A stretch of DNA of 64,000 bases from Bdellovibrionota bacterium (GTDB lineage: Bacteria; Bdellovibrionota; Bdellovibrionia; Bdellovibrionales; JAEYZS01): contig JAZKEU010000008.1 of NCBI GenBank assembly GCA_040386775.1, forward strand, positions 169,184 through 233,183, in the 5' to 3' direction. The notes beneath the pieces were generated by a model, which worked only from the letters and a program-made list of their open reading frames with translations, made no database searches and was not told where the DNA came from. The first letter of the stretch is position 1, and each line of letters begins with the position of its first letter. Position numbers and translations under genes: made by a program. Positions 24,025-33,888 of the stretch are shown in pieces.

Positions 24025-25583
24025 CATCTTTTACTCCGAGTCGATCTAAGATTACAGAGATTGAGCTGATTCAATTCATTGAATTCAATTCCCTGAAAAC
24101 GATCGCTTTTCAACATGGTGTAGTGAAGAACGCCCTGAGGTATGATTCTATACTCATCCATTAGTATTTTAATACCCGCAGAACACAGTTTTTTCTTCTC
24201 TTTCTCATTTTCTGAAAATTCTAATTTTTTAAGAATTTTTTCATAATTTTCATTTGAGAATTTAATAAAATTATCCACATTATCTTTTTGAAAGGTTTCG
24301 AGAGCTGAAAGACAAGTTGGGCGATCCAGAACCACACCTTTTCTAAAAAGGGCAGGAGTATTGGTTTTTAAATCTTGTAGGTACATTCCTTGCTCAATCA
24401 TTTCAATCTGAATATTAACTCCTAGATTTTTTTTCCATTGGTTTTGATACCATTCAATAATGCGAGATAATTCTTCACCACTCGCACGACTGAATTTTAT
24501 GGTCAATTTCTTCTCTAATAATTCTTTAGGAACTTTTTTGAGTTCATTTTGTGCAGCTTTCACATCAAAAGTGTAACATTGTCTTTTATCAATGTAGGTA
24601 TCTGTAAGACTTGGACAGCCCGGCATGCCCGAGGCATAGATTAATTTTTTAAGTTCTTCATAATCAACACTCATGGCAAGAGCTTTTCTAAAGTGAATAT
24701 TTCCCTCTAACTCTGGTCCAAATCCAATGTAATCAAATCTAGAAAAAAGTACGTTGAACATATCTTTGTCTTTATATTTAGGAATAAAAGCTGTTACCAG
24801 TTGATGAACCAAATCAATTTTTCCAAGATCAAAAAGATTCTGTCCCGTTGAGCTTTCCTCGACATAATAAATTTCTACGTCAGGTCTTGAGGGATTACCA
24901 AAAGGATAAAAATCATTTTTTACTAAATAAGCTTTTTTATTATTAAAGTTTTTAAGCTTGTAAGGACCGTTGACCAAAATTTCTATATTTTTTTCTGTGG
25001 CTCTTTTTATGTCCGGAAGAACTCTCCATGGAACCAGAACCGTCGATGTCAATCTGGCTATGAATTCAGGATCCTTGGTCTCAAATTCAAAGATGAGATT
25101 AAAATCATCTTGAGCAGTTACACCAAGGGCTTCAGGCTTTAAGGAACCTTCCAATATTTTTTTCGCATTTTTAAGTTTTAAAAGATGAGCGACCTCACGA
25201 CTTTTAGATTCTGGATTGATCAGATGCCTAAAGGCTCTTTCATAATCTTGAGCTTTTACAGAAACGCCATCGCTCCATTTTACATTTTTATTCAATATGC
25301 ATTTTAGCTTTAATCCATCCCAGCTGCATTTCTCAGCACCCTCAGGAACAATTCCTTTTTTGCTATCGACTCTATAGAGCCCTCGAAAAAGGTTAGACAC
25401 TAAGTAGGTTGTCTCTGTTCCATAGAAATGAGCTGGGTTGAGAGTCTGGGGCGACATAGTTAAGAAAAACTTAAAGACTGGCTCTTCTGCTTTTAATGCT
25501 GTTGTCGTCAGCAACATTACTGCAACAATCAATGAGATTTTTACGATCAAGTTTTTATAGCTAAAAGTCTTAATATGAGCCAT
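24024..25583 (-). CDS. family-5 (peptide/nickel type) ABC substrate-binding protein, orphan
   Basis: Signal peptide and family-5 SBP N-terminal pattern (LNPAHFYGTETTYLVSNLFRGLYRVD...KWSDGVSVKAQDYERAF). No permease or ATPase gene is nearby. Confidence 0.7.
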   Translation of the reverse strand: MAHIKTFSYKNLIVKISLIVAVMLLTTTALKAEEPVFKFFLTMSPQTLNPAHFYGTETTYLVSNLFRGLYRVDSKKGIVPEGAEKCSWDGLKLKCILNKNVKWSDGVSVKAQDYERAFRHLINPESKSREVAHLLKLKNAKKILEGSLKPEALGVTAQDDFNLIFEFETKDPEFIARLTSTVLVPWRVLPDIKRATEKNIEILVNGPYKLKNFNNKKAYLVKNDFYPFGNPSRPDVEIYYVEESSTGQNLFDLGKIDLVHQLVTAFIPKYKDKDMFNVLFSRFDYIGFGPELEGNIHFRKALAMSVDYEELKKLIYASGMPGCPSLTDTYIDKRQCYTFDVKAAQNELKKVPKELLEKKLTIKFSRASGEELSRIIEWYQNQWKKNLGVNIQIEMIEQGMYLQDLKTNTPALFRKGVVLDRPTCLSALETFQKDNVDNFIKFSNENYEKILKKLEFSENEKEKKKLCSAGIKILMDEYRIIPQGVLHYTMLKSDRFQGIEFNELNQLNLCNLRSTRSKR

Positions 25584-25613
25584 AGAAAAACCGATAACAT
25601 ATTAACGACTCTT

Positions 25614-27587
25614 ATGTCATCAGGGGTATTTAAAGTGTTCAAAAAACCATCGCTAATAGTATTATTTTTACTCGCTTTTGGTTTGTTGATGACATATCAA
25701 AACTGTGCGCAAGTTCAAGATGGCGGTCTATTCCGTCAAAGCTGCAATGATGAGAGTTGTGCTGCAAATCCAGATCAACTTTCCATAGCTATGGATTTGA
25801 ATTTAGTTCCTGGAGGAATTTTTAAGATTTCATCAAACCCAGAAAGTGGATTTGAGAATCTAAGGCTGACAGGAAATTGTAAAGACGGCGGTTACGAAAA
25901 AACTTTGGTAAAAATCAAAATTTATCAATGTGTTGGATCAAGTTCTGTGTGTGATACTTTAAAGTACATCAATACCACCACTTGCAATATGAATACGAAT
26001 TTCGAAATTTCTGAGACGGTGAGTACGCTAGTTCCGGGGTTTCATAAACTCAATTTAGAAATTGTAGGTTTAGATGAATTTGGACAAGAGGTTTATGGCA
26101 AAAATTCAAAGTTAGCCCCGATCAAGATGCAAGCGCAGAATACGATCAGGCCTCCGGTATTGGCTTCGTTCACTGGAACTAATTTTTGGGCTCAAGATAA
26201 AATTTATTATTTTCCAACAGATAGCGATAAAGTGACTCTTGATGGGTACATTCAGGGTTTCTGTGATTACAATGCAGCTGCTGATGATATCAGTGCTAAG
26301 CTTTCATTTAAAGGTTCTAGCACTTACACGGCAATTGTTCTTCCAACAAAGTGCAAGCCTGTTTCCCAAAGCTCAACGGCGTTGAATTCTCCCAATAGAG
26401 GAGCGCGAACTGGATTTTTTCAGATCGATGCTTTTTCAATTTACATGAGATACACCGGAGGGCAGTTTGTTACGTGTACAGCCGGGGATTACAATTGCAT
26501 TAATAATCCATTAAATCTTATGACAAACCGTTTAGTGGCACTCGCTTTCTTCCAAAGAGACGTCACTTTTAATTACGATGTATTTAGCGTAAGAAAATTA
26601 CTTTTACATTTCAAAGACGAAAGATCGGGAAAGGGCTGGCTCGCAGAACCACTTTTAGAAGTTTTAAGAAGGGTAAAGAAATCATTTAATTTCTCAAACG
26701 ATATTGCGACGGGTGCTTTAGATGGAACCAATGCCGGTAACAATGATTATTATCAAGCTTTTAGAATCTTAACCTCAGCGGATGAATTTTATGATCCATT
26801 GATTACAAACGGAGAGAGCCGCTATGGCTTTGGGACGAGAGCTTTCATCGTAAAATGGTTGCTTGGAGTGACAGAAGATATTTCTCCGTCGATATACCCG
26901 GGATCCAGCAATAACTATGCGGGGACTTCTGGAAATATTTATTTCTTAGGTGGCGCAACGACGATTCCTTACAAGAGTATCGGGAATGGAACTTTGTGTG
27001 GTTTAAACCCAGAGGTCACGGATCCTTTAATAGGAACTGTAGGATATGATACGAGTAGTTCTGTAGAGAGAATTGCTCTTTGCCTCACGCACAGATTTTT
27101 AAATGGTCTTTATGATAGAGATTATAATCTGAGTTACAGAATGGTCCAAAAGGGCGTAACGTTTGCTAACAACAATACAACATGCGCTTACAGTGATGAT
27201 TTAAGTGTCGCAATTCCAGCTCGAGATTGTGCAGTAATAATATATTTCTTGGCTGGTGCTACCAAGATGAAATCTCGCCATGTCTTGGGAGCTTCAATTC
27301 CTGATGCAACAGATACTCAAATGAAATATTTTGGAAATGGGTTAACTCAACTTTATATCAACACGATTGTTCATCACTTAGCTTATAGAAATACGGTGGA
27401 TTATGTAAACGAAAACGAAGTCATGTCTTCGGTTTATGCCACAGTCTATCCAGAATTAACAGATACAACGATGAGACAGATATCTTATCCAACGGAATTT
27501 AATTTTGAAGGCGCAACAACAATGTTCAGTGGAACACGTTTAATCGGGTTACCGGCAGGAAGCTATACATATCCGAGCGGTAATTGA
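25614..27587 (+). CDS. large exported hypothetical protein (possible lipoprotein, ...TYQNC)
   Basis: The start is moved to M14, giving n-region KVFKK, h-region SLIVLFLLAFGLLM and a Cys at QNC. It is Cys-rich and has no recognisable domain. Confidence 0.5.
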   Translation: MSSGVFKVFKKPSLIVLFLLAFGLLMTYQNCAQVQDGGLFRQSCNDESCAANPDQLSIAMDLNLVPGGIFKISSNPESGFENLRLTGNCKDGGYEKTLVKIKIYQCVGSSSVCDTLKYINTTTCNMNTNFEISETVSTLVPGFHKLNLEIVGLDEFGQEVYGKNSKLAPIKMQAQNTIRPPVLASFTGTNFWAQDKIYYFPTDSDKVTLDGYIQGFCDYNAAADDISAKLSFKGSSTYTAIVLPTKCKPVSQSSTALNSPNRGARTGFFQIDAFSIYMRYTGGQFVTCTAGDYNCINNPLNLMTNRLVALAFFQRDVTFNYDVFSVRKLLLHFKDERSGKGWLAEPLLEVLRRVKKSFNFSNDIATGALDGTNAGNNDYYQAFRILTSADEFYDPLITNGESRYGFGTRAFIVKWLLGVTEDISPSIYPGSSNNYAGTSGNIYFLGGATTIPYKSIGNGTLCGLNPEVTDPLIGTVGYDTSSSVERIALCLTHRFLNGLYDRDYNLSYRMVQKGVTFANNNTTCAYSDDLSVAIPARDCAVIIYFLAGATKMKSRHVLGASIPDATDTQMKYFGNGLTQLYINTIVHHLAYRNTVDYVNENEVMSSVYATVYPELTDTTMRQISYPTEFNFEGATTMFSGTRLIGLPAGSYTYPSGN

Positions 27588-27589
27588 TA

Positions 27590-28303
27590 TTAGAATCTTG
27601 CGCGATCTGCAAAAGCTAAATTCCTGATTGATATTTTTCTCAAATACGAAGGCTTAAGGTTAAATTCAATATTTTTGGCCCTTTCAATGGATCTATTTGT
27701 CGAGGCAACTTTTTTCAAACTTATAACCTGCAAGATCACATCACTTTGGAGAATGTAATCCAAGAACTCGTGGGCTTCTTTTTTACGATTAGAGTTCTTA
27801 ACAATTCCAATACTTTCAATCCAAAGTAAAGATTTCTCTGCACTTCCTTTTTTCTCAATACCCCAGAAGAGGGGAACCGCGAATTTATTTTCTGGATCAT
27901 AAGGTGGATTTTTAAAGTCCACCGAAATCAATTCTTTGTTTTTAATACTATTGTAAGTGATTTTTGAAAGATCCTTCATAACATCTTGAGCATAAAAGGA
28001 TTTAAAGGCGACCAGATCAATTCTTTTATTTGTGAGTTGAGTGATAAGATCTTCTTTATTTTTGTAAGTCGTGATCTGGAGATGAAGTCCATTTTCTATG
28101 GCAAAGCTTTCTGTAACGTCATCAGGCAAAAAACCTTCTTCAGCCAGTAAATTCAATGTGGATTTTTTAAAGAGGGCAGAACGGTTTTCTTCGTTGTAGT
28201 AAAAGAACTTTCCCCAAACTGTTCCAATGACAAAGAAAAATACGAAAAGACCAATGTAATTTTGTTGTGTAGTAAATGTTAAGTACTTATTGATATTTTT
28301 CAA
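27590..28303 (-). CDS. membrane-anchored PotD-like (type 2 periplasmic binding fold) fragment-sized protein
   Basis: N-terminal TM. LNLLAEEGFLPDDV...DLVAFKSFYAQDVMK...NKFAVPLFWGI resembles the first lobe of polyamine-type SBPs. At 237 aa it is short for the family. Confidence 0.3.
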   Translation of the reverse strand: MKNINKYLTFTTQQNYIGLFVFFFVIGTVWGKFFYYNEENRSALFKKSTLNLLAEEGFLPDDVTESFAIENGLHLQITTYKNKEDLITQLTNKRIDLVAFKSFYAQDVMKDLSKITYNSIKNKELISVDFKNPPYDPENKFAVPLFWGIEKKGSAEKSLLWIESIGIVKNSNRKKEAHEFLDYILQSDVILQVISLKKVASTNRSIERAKNIEFNLKPSYLRKISIRNLAFADRARF

Positions 28304-28372
28304 AAAAAATCCCTCTCACATGATCTTACGTGAGAGGGATACACTAGCATAAGTCCAGAATGTCTAAGCTCG

Positions 28373-29560
28373 CTATTCGAGCGATACTGGATCGAAGTCC
28401 ACTTGGATTGCAGCACCTTGCTGAGGTGTCGCTGTGCCGTGGAATTCAACATAATGAGATCCTGAGTCGACGACATACGTCCAACCATTTGTCGCATTCT
28501 GAGGAATCTCTACAGAGTTGACTTTAACTACAATCGAAGATGGAAGTGGTTCACGTGAAAGTTTAAAACGAGTCGATAACTCCACGATTCTTGAAGCAAT
28601 ATCTTCCAAGTTGTCTGAGAAGTTTGTATCGCAAATACTTCCAATGATCCCATTTGTTGCGCCGGCCACTGCCATATAGCGATCACCTTCAGATGCTCCT
28701 GCATGATGTCCAGGACAGTTATTGATATCCATTACAGTGATAGTTGAAACGTTGTACTTTCTATTGCCAGCAGTGCTTCCTGTGTAACCATCCAAGAAGC
28801 TAACAAATGAATTTGTATATTCAGTTGTATCGGCATAAGTGCTGTTATTCTGCTTTCTTGAACCATCTTCTTCATCAGCCACTATAATTACGGCTGTAAA
28901 GGCATCGCTTCTTTTAAATCCAGAAAGAGCGGTGTGAGTTTCTCCGCTATAACCTGCGGAGCCATTTTCATTTCTACGAAGTGCAGACCTGATACTTTGG
29001 AAACCTCTTTCGCTACCATCACCACGAATTCCTACTTTTACATTGATTCCGAATGTATTGATAATATCTGTTGGGTTCATCAAGCTAGTAATCAAATAAT
29101 TTCCGCTGCGAGTAGACGGAGTCGATGGATTATAAATGTCTCCATCTCTAAAATGAGTGAGTTGTCCGTAATTGGCAGAAGTATTATTACAATCTGCTGA
29201 AGATCTATAAGTGAATCCCGCTGTTCCATTACTTGTGTTACCACAAGCAGTGCTCACGTAGTTTGTTTCTCGAACCCAGGCGTCTGTGCCTGCAACAGCC
29301 ATGTTGTAGTCGTAACCTTTTGTTACAAAGTCTGCAATAAAAGCATTGAAGTTTGTAGCAAGATTAGATTGATAGGGCGCCATTGACCCTGAAGTATCAA
29401 TCATCCACATGATATCGATCTTATTGTTTACTGATGTCGATTGAACAAAAGTATCCGAGTCCGAAAGAATCGAGATATCCCCACTCTTATCTGCACACGC
29501 GCCGAGGGCCATTACTGCACCAGCTAACACGAGGATTTTTTTCTTCATTACGTTCAACAT
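28373..29560 (-). CDS. VWA-domain lipoprotein, paralogue 1
   Basis: GAGGGGGGA SD and lipobox LGAC followed by ADKSGDI. MIDAS motif DTSGS and a downstream IIVADEED motif. A conserved C-terminal beta-rich ~90 aa region is present. Confidence 0.75.
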   Translation of the reverse strand: MLNVMKKKILVLAGAVMALGACADKSGDISILSDSDTFVQSTSVNNKIDIMWMIDTSGSMAPYQSNLATNFNAFIADFVTKGYDYNMAVAGTDAWVRETNYVSTACGNTSNGTAGFTYRSSADCNNTSANYGQLTHFRDGDIYNPSTPSTRSGNYLITSLMNPTDIINTFGINVKVGIRGDGSERGFQSIRSALRRNENGSAGYSGETHTALSGFKRSDAFTAVIIVADEEDGSRKQNNSTYADTTEYTNSFVSFLDGYTGSTAGNRKYNVSTITVMDINNCPGHHAGASEGDRYMAVAGATNGIIGSICDTNFSDNLEDIASRIVELSTRFKLSREPLPSSIVVKVNSVEIPQNATNGWTYVVDSGSHYVEFHGTATPQQGAAIQVDFDPVSLE

Positions 29561-29599
29561 AAATCCCCCCTCAATATTTTATATTCTAAATTTTATTTC

Positions 29600-30673
29600 T
29601 TATTCTAGTGATACCGGATCAAAGTCCACGCTGATGGCCGCACCTTGTTGCGGCGTAGCTGTTCCACGGAACTCCACATAATGAGACCCTGAATCTGCAA
29701 TATAAACCCAGCCATTTGTAGCATTTTGCGGAATTTCCACAGAGTTAACTTTAACTACAATCGAAGATGGAAGTGGTTCGCGTGAAAGTTTAAAGCGAGT
29801 CGATAACTCCACGATTCTTGAAGCAATATCTTCCAAGCTATCAGAGAAGTTCGTATCACAAATACTTCCTAAGATACCGGCTGTTGCCGTAGCAATCGAC
29901 ATAAAGCGATTGCCTTGGGAAGCGCCCGCATGGTGTCCAGGACAGTTATTGATATCCATTACGGTGATAGTGGAAACGTTGTACTTTCTGTTACCAGCAG
30001 TGCTTCCTGTGTAACCATCAAGATAACTTACGAAAGCATTTTTGTATTCGTTGGTACTGCTGTAAGCATCACCATTGGATTTTCTCGAACTGTCTTCTTC
30101 GTCACCCACCAGAATAACGGCAAGGAAAGCAGAGCTTCTTTTGAAGTTATAGCCACCATTTATAGAGGTTGCGCCAAAAGATTCTCTTAAGCTTTGGAAA
30201 CCTCTCTCATCACCATCACCATTAATTCCTACTTTAATATTTTTCTTAAAATTATTTACGATATTAGGAGTGAGCAGATTGATCATAAATATGCCAGAGT
30301 TATTCGGACCCGTTAATCCATCATAAATATCACCATCTCTATAGCGAACCAAACTTTGATTCCAAGAGTTAGATGGGTTCTGTGTATATTTCCATGCGTC
30401 TGTCGCTGTTACCGCAATATTGTAGTCGTAACCTTTTGTTACGAAATCCGTGATGAAGGTTTCGAAGTTGTCAGAAAGGTTATTCTGATAGGGAGCCATT
30501 GACCCTGAAGAATCAACCATCCACATGATGTCGATCTTATTATTCACTGATGCTGATTGATAAAAGGTATCCGAGTCCGAAAGAATCGAAATATCTCCAC
30601 TCTTATCTGCACACGCGCTGAGGGCCATTACTGCACCAGCTAACACGAGGATTTTCTTCTTTAAGTCCAACAT
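29600..30673 (-). CDS. VWA-domain lipoprotein, paralogue 2
   Basis: GAGGAGGA SD, lipobox LSAC, MIDAS DSSGS and ILVGDEED. The C-terminal ~140 aa are almost identical to paralogue 1. Confidence 0.75.
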   Translation of the reverse strand: MLDLKKKILVLAGAVMALSACADKSGDISILSDSDTFYQSASVNNKIDIMWMVDSSGSMAPYQNNLSDNFETFITDFVTKGYDYNIAVTATDAWKYTQNPSNSWNQSLVRYRDGDIYDGLTGPNNSGIFMINLLTPNIVNNFKKNIKVGINGDGDERGFQSLRESFGATSINGGYNFKRSSAFLAVILVGDEEDSSRKSNGDAYSSTNEYKNAFVSYLDGYTGSTAGNRKYNVSTITVMDINNCPGHHAGASQGNRFMSIATATAGILGSICDTNFSDSLEDIASRIVELSTRFKLSREPLPSSIVVKVNSVEIPQNATNGWVYIADSGSHYVEFRGTATPQQGAAISVDFDPVSLE

Positions 30674-30705
30674 AAATCCTCCTCAACATTTTATTTTTCT
30701 AATAC

Positions 30706-31797
30706 CTAATTCAAAGTCGTAGGATCAAATAATACCTGAATCGAAGCTCCTTGTGCCGGAATAGCTGTTCCGTGGAATTTGATACTGTTACTAGCAGCCA
30801 CATAAGTCCATCCGTTGGTCGCATCTTGCGGAATCAATACAGAGTTAATTCGTACAACGATCGAACTTACAACAGGAATTCTAGAGAGTCTGAACTGCGT
30901 TGATTCTTCAGAGATATGCGCCTGAATTGCATCCAGGGTAGGCGAGAAGTCATCATCGCAGATACTTCCCGTAACACCATTTGTTTCTACTGCCAATTCT
31001 GCATAACGTTCACCCATGTGATCACTAGCTCCAGCTTCAGTTAAGCATGCGCTATCAAATACACCGATTGCAGACACACCATATTTTCTATCTGCAGGAG
31101 TACTGCTTGTGTATGAATCTAAGAAGCCAGTGTATTCAGAGATCGGTCTTAGATCTTGGCAAGTTGCTGGAAGCGGAGTTGCTGTACATGGATCAAGAGT
31201 TGAATCATCACGAGAGAAGTCTTCTTCATCAGATACGATGATGATTGCAAGATAAGCATCACTTCTTCTAAAATTAAAACCAGAGTTCATTGGAGCAAGC
31301 AAAGACTGTCTAATACTCTCAAAAGCTCTTTCATCACCGTTACCTGTTATACCTACTTTTACGTTTTTATTGAATGTCGGAATAATATCAGGAGTGAGAG
31401 TGCTGATCATAAACACCCCTGAGTTATCGGCAGTAGAGCCAGTATAAATGTTCCCATCTCTAAACTTCACAAGATTTTGAAATGTAGTGCTTGCTGGATT
31501 GAATTCATATCTCCAAGCGTCTGTCGCACCAACGGCGATATTGTAGTCATAGCCTTTAGTGACGAAATCATTAATAAAGGCATTGAAGTTTGTGGCAAGG
31601 TTATCTTGTTCTTCTTGCATTGACCCTGAAGAATCGATCATCCACAGAATATCAATTTTGTTATTGAGAGAAGAAGCTTGGAATACATCTGAATCCGAAA
31701 GAATAGCAATATCACCACTCTTGTCTGAACAGCTTGTAAGAACAAACATGTAAGAGATTAAGAAGATAACTAAAATTGGAAATCTTAATCTTTTCAT
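30706..31797 (-). CDS. VWA-domain lipoprotein, paralogue 3 (divergent)
   Basis: The start is moved to M11 (MKRLRFPILVIFLISYMFVLTSC) with a GGAG SD. MIDAS DSSGS and IIVSDEED are present. Same architecture as paralogues 1 and 2 but diverged throughout. Confidence 0.7.
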   Translation of the reverse strand: MKRLRFPILVIFLISYMFVLTSCSDKSGDIAILSDSDVFQASSLNNKIDILWMIDSSGSMQEEQDNLATNFNAFINDFVTKGYDYNIAVGATDAWRYEFNPASTTFQNLVKFRDGNIYTGSTADNSGVFMISTLTPDIIPTFNKNVKVGITGNGDERAFESIRQSLLAPMNSGFNFRRSDAYLAIIIVSDEEDFSRDDSTLDPCTATPLPATCQDLRPISEYTGFLDSYTSSTPADRKYGVSAIGVFDSACLTEAGASDHMGERYAELAVETNGVTGSICDDDFSPTLDAIQAHISEESTQFRLSRIPVVSSIVVRINSVLIPQDATNGWTYVAASNSIKFHGTAIPAQGASIQVLFDPTTLN

Positions 31798-32013
31798 AAA
31801 GCACTCCAATTCAAAACATAGAACCATATCTATGCGTTTTAAGGTGAAAGAGTGAGAGTGCTTACATACAGGATTCTCTAAACCTTATGATTTATTTTCG
31901 GCATTTTGACCACAAACTGAACCTAGGTCCAAGTGGTCTAAAAGTCTGGTATAATTCAGTGATGACTTAAAATGAGACACGATATGTATTGGATAGAATA
32001 GAGGATTCTCATC

Positions 32014-32130
32014 ATGAGATATTCACGAAAAGTTATAACTATTTTTTCACGTGACCAAAAGTTAATCGATAATCAAAACTTTCCATACCAGAGCGGCACA
32101 GGAACTCTTGGTTTATTAAGAGACTATTAA
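32014..32130 (+). CDS. candidate unannotated 38-aa basic small protein
   Basis: ATG at 32014 is preceded by AGAGGA (32000-32005) and by an extended -10, TGgTATAAT (31947-31955). Translation is MRYSRKVITIFSRDQKLIDNQNFPYQSGTGTLGLLRDY. It is below the ORF-track length cut-off. Confidence 0.25.
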   Translation: MRYSRKVITIFSRDQKLIDNQNFPYQSGTGTLGLLRDY

Positions 32131-32154
32131 GATTGCAGTAAAATTGTTCTATAT

Positions 32155-33222
32155 TTAGAGAGGTTTTGCTTCCGAGCGAACACCATGAGCGCCGGATTCT
32201 AGGCGACCATGAGAACTCATTTCCATAAACAAAGATCGATTTCTGATATCAAAAATTGTAGTCGCATTCACATAGCTCATACCGGATCTAATACCGCCAC
32301 ACACTTCATTTATCACATCACTCACGTGACCTTTTACAGAGACAAAAGTAGATTCTCCCTCTGGAGCCATACCGGTCGGGAGTTCACCTCTCCATGAGAC
32401 TTGAGCCGCTTTTGAAGCCATTCCACGATACATTTTAAGACCTTTTTTTATCTCTCCCGGAGTTTCAATAGTTCCAGAAAGCATACTTCCAAGCATCACA
32501 GAGCTTGCCCCGGCAGCAAGAGCCTTTACGATATCACCCGAGGTTTTAATCCCACCATCCGCGATAATCGGAACACCTTTTGATTCTGCAGCTTCCGCAC
32601 AAATTGCAATGGCCGTTAATTGCGGAACGCCACAGCCCGTAATGATCCTTGTTGTGCACATCGAACCAGGTCCAATACCAACTTTAATTGCATCAGCACC
32701 TGCTTCGATCAAATCCAAAGTTCCCTCTGGAGTTGCGATATTTCCGGCGATGATTTGAACTTTGTCTTGGAAAGTGTCTTTTAGGTATTTCACTGTTTCG
32801 ATCATTTGAATCGAATGTCCGTGAGCGATGTCTACAGTGAGAACATTTACTCCTGCATTCACGAGGGCTTGAGCTCTCTCTTTGAAGTCTTGGTTGACAC
32901 CAATGCTTGCCGCGATGATTTCCAGTTTTGCATCTCGAAGAGCTATCACTTGAGCAATCTGTTCTTCGATGGTCATAAATCTATGCAGAATTCCAACGCC
33001 ACCCAATTGATTCATGGCTTTAGCCATTTCAATTTCTGTGATGGTATCCATGTTTGCGCTCATGATGGGAGTTTTGATATTTAATTTTTTAGTAAAGCGG
33101 GTAGTGAGATCGGGATCTTTTCTGGATCTTACGTCGGATTTATTTGGAATTAAGAGAACATCATCAAATGTTAAAGCTTTTTCTCTGTTCGGAATATCTT
33201 TCCATGAAAAACGAAGCGCCAT
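32155..33222 (-). CDS. IMPDH/GMP reductase family oxidoreductase lacking the CBS (Bateman) insert
   Basis: [29 protein letters not shown], catalytic loop [11 protein letters not shown], and [20 protein letters not shown]. The 355-aa length fits the GMP reductase/GuaB-like class. IMPDH versus GMPR cannot be resolved by eye. Confidence 0.8.
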   Translation of the reverse strand: MALRFSWKDIPNREKALTFDDVLLIPNKSDVRSRKDPDLTTRFTKKLNIKTPIMSANMDTITEIEMAKAMNQLGGVGILHRFMTIEEQIAQVIALRDAKLEIIAASIGVNQDFKERAQALVNAGVNVLTVDIAHGHSIQMIETVKYLKDTFQDKVQIIAGNIATPEGTLDLIEAGADAIKVGIGPGSMCTTRIITGCGVPQLTAIAICAEAAESKGVPIIADGGIKTSGDIVKALAAGASSVMLGSMLSGTIETPGEIKKGLKMYRGMASKAAQVSWRGELPTGMAPEGESTFVSVKGHVSDVINEVCGGIRSGMSYVNATTIFDIRNRSLFMEMSSHGRLESGAHGVRSEAKPL

Positions 33223-33243
33223 AATAATCTCTCCTGTCCTGAT

Positions 33244-33888
33244 TCAATGCTCGCCACAGCGAGCATTACTTAAAGCTAAGTAGTACTTATAAAACATCAA
33301 AAATACACAAACCTGGAGTGTTACTTCCAATATATAAAATAAAATCCAAGCTACTGGTGTTGTAAATAAATTAAAGTTCACCGAAGCAATTTGTATCCCA
33401 AGCATAACCATTTGAGTCAAGCATAGGATAGCTGCAAATCTCGAAAGCCTTCCTTCTAAAAGCAGTGCGCTCTCCTCGAGTACATCCACTTTCCCTTCTT
33501 GGTAATCGGAATCAAACTGCACGATATAAGGAATTAGATAATATTGAATACATCGCTTAATTCCTGGCCATATAAGGAGGAACCCGACAGCAATGCGACC
33601 CATCCCTCTGAAAGTCTCTATTATTAGATCTCGAAGATGCTTTTTATAATACTTCCCTAAATTTATAGTATTTGGATCCGAATATTTTTTTATTCCGTGC
33701 CCTAAAATTATCAAAAGAAGGAAAGTTTCGATAAGTCCTAATATAATTCCTACACACCCAAAAATGATTTTATCTTCGGTTGAAGAAGCTTCCTGAAAGA
33801 TAAATTGCTCCATCAAAGCAAAAGGTAAAGTTAAAAATAGAACGGAGAAGAGAACGCTTTTAAGGTAAGTTAAATATTTGATTTGCAT
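33244..33888 (-). CDS. polytopic membrane protein, unknown function
   Basis: Four to five hydrophobic helices. It lies 21 nt upstream of the IMPDH-family gene on the same strand. Confidence 0.5.
   Translation of the reverse strand: MQIKYLTYLKSVLFSVLFLTLPFALMEQFIFQEASSTEDKIIFGCVGIILGLIETFLLLIILGHGIKKYSDPNTINLGKYYKKHLRDLIIETFRGMGRIAVGFLLIWPGIKRCIQYYLIPYIVQFDSDYQEGKVDVLEESALLLEGRLSRFAAILCLTQMVMLGIQIASVNFNLFTTPVAWILFYILEVTLQVCVFLMFYKYYLALSNARCGEH

Larger units (their letters stand above)
28373..31797 (-). repeat. tandem array of three paralogous VWA lipoprotein genes including homologous spacers
   Basis: The spacers AAATCCCCCCTCAATATTTTAT (from 29561) and AAATCCTCCTCAACATTTTAT (from 30674) are homologous. 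Blocks 28521-28610 and 29748-29837 differ at 2 of 90 nt by eye. Confidence 0.8.

Noticed and set aside
28300-28497. 65-aa minus-strand ORF bridging the VWA paralogue 1 stop and the PotD-like gene start
   Set aside because: It overlaps the 3' end of a well-supported CDS in another frame and has no SD. It is most likely spurious.
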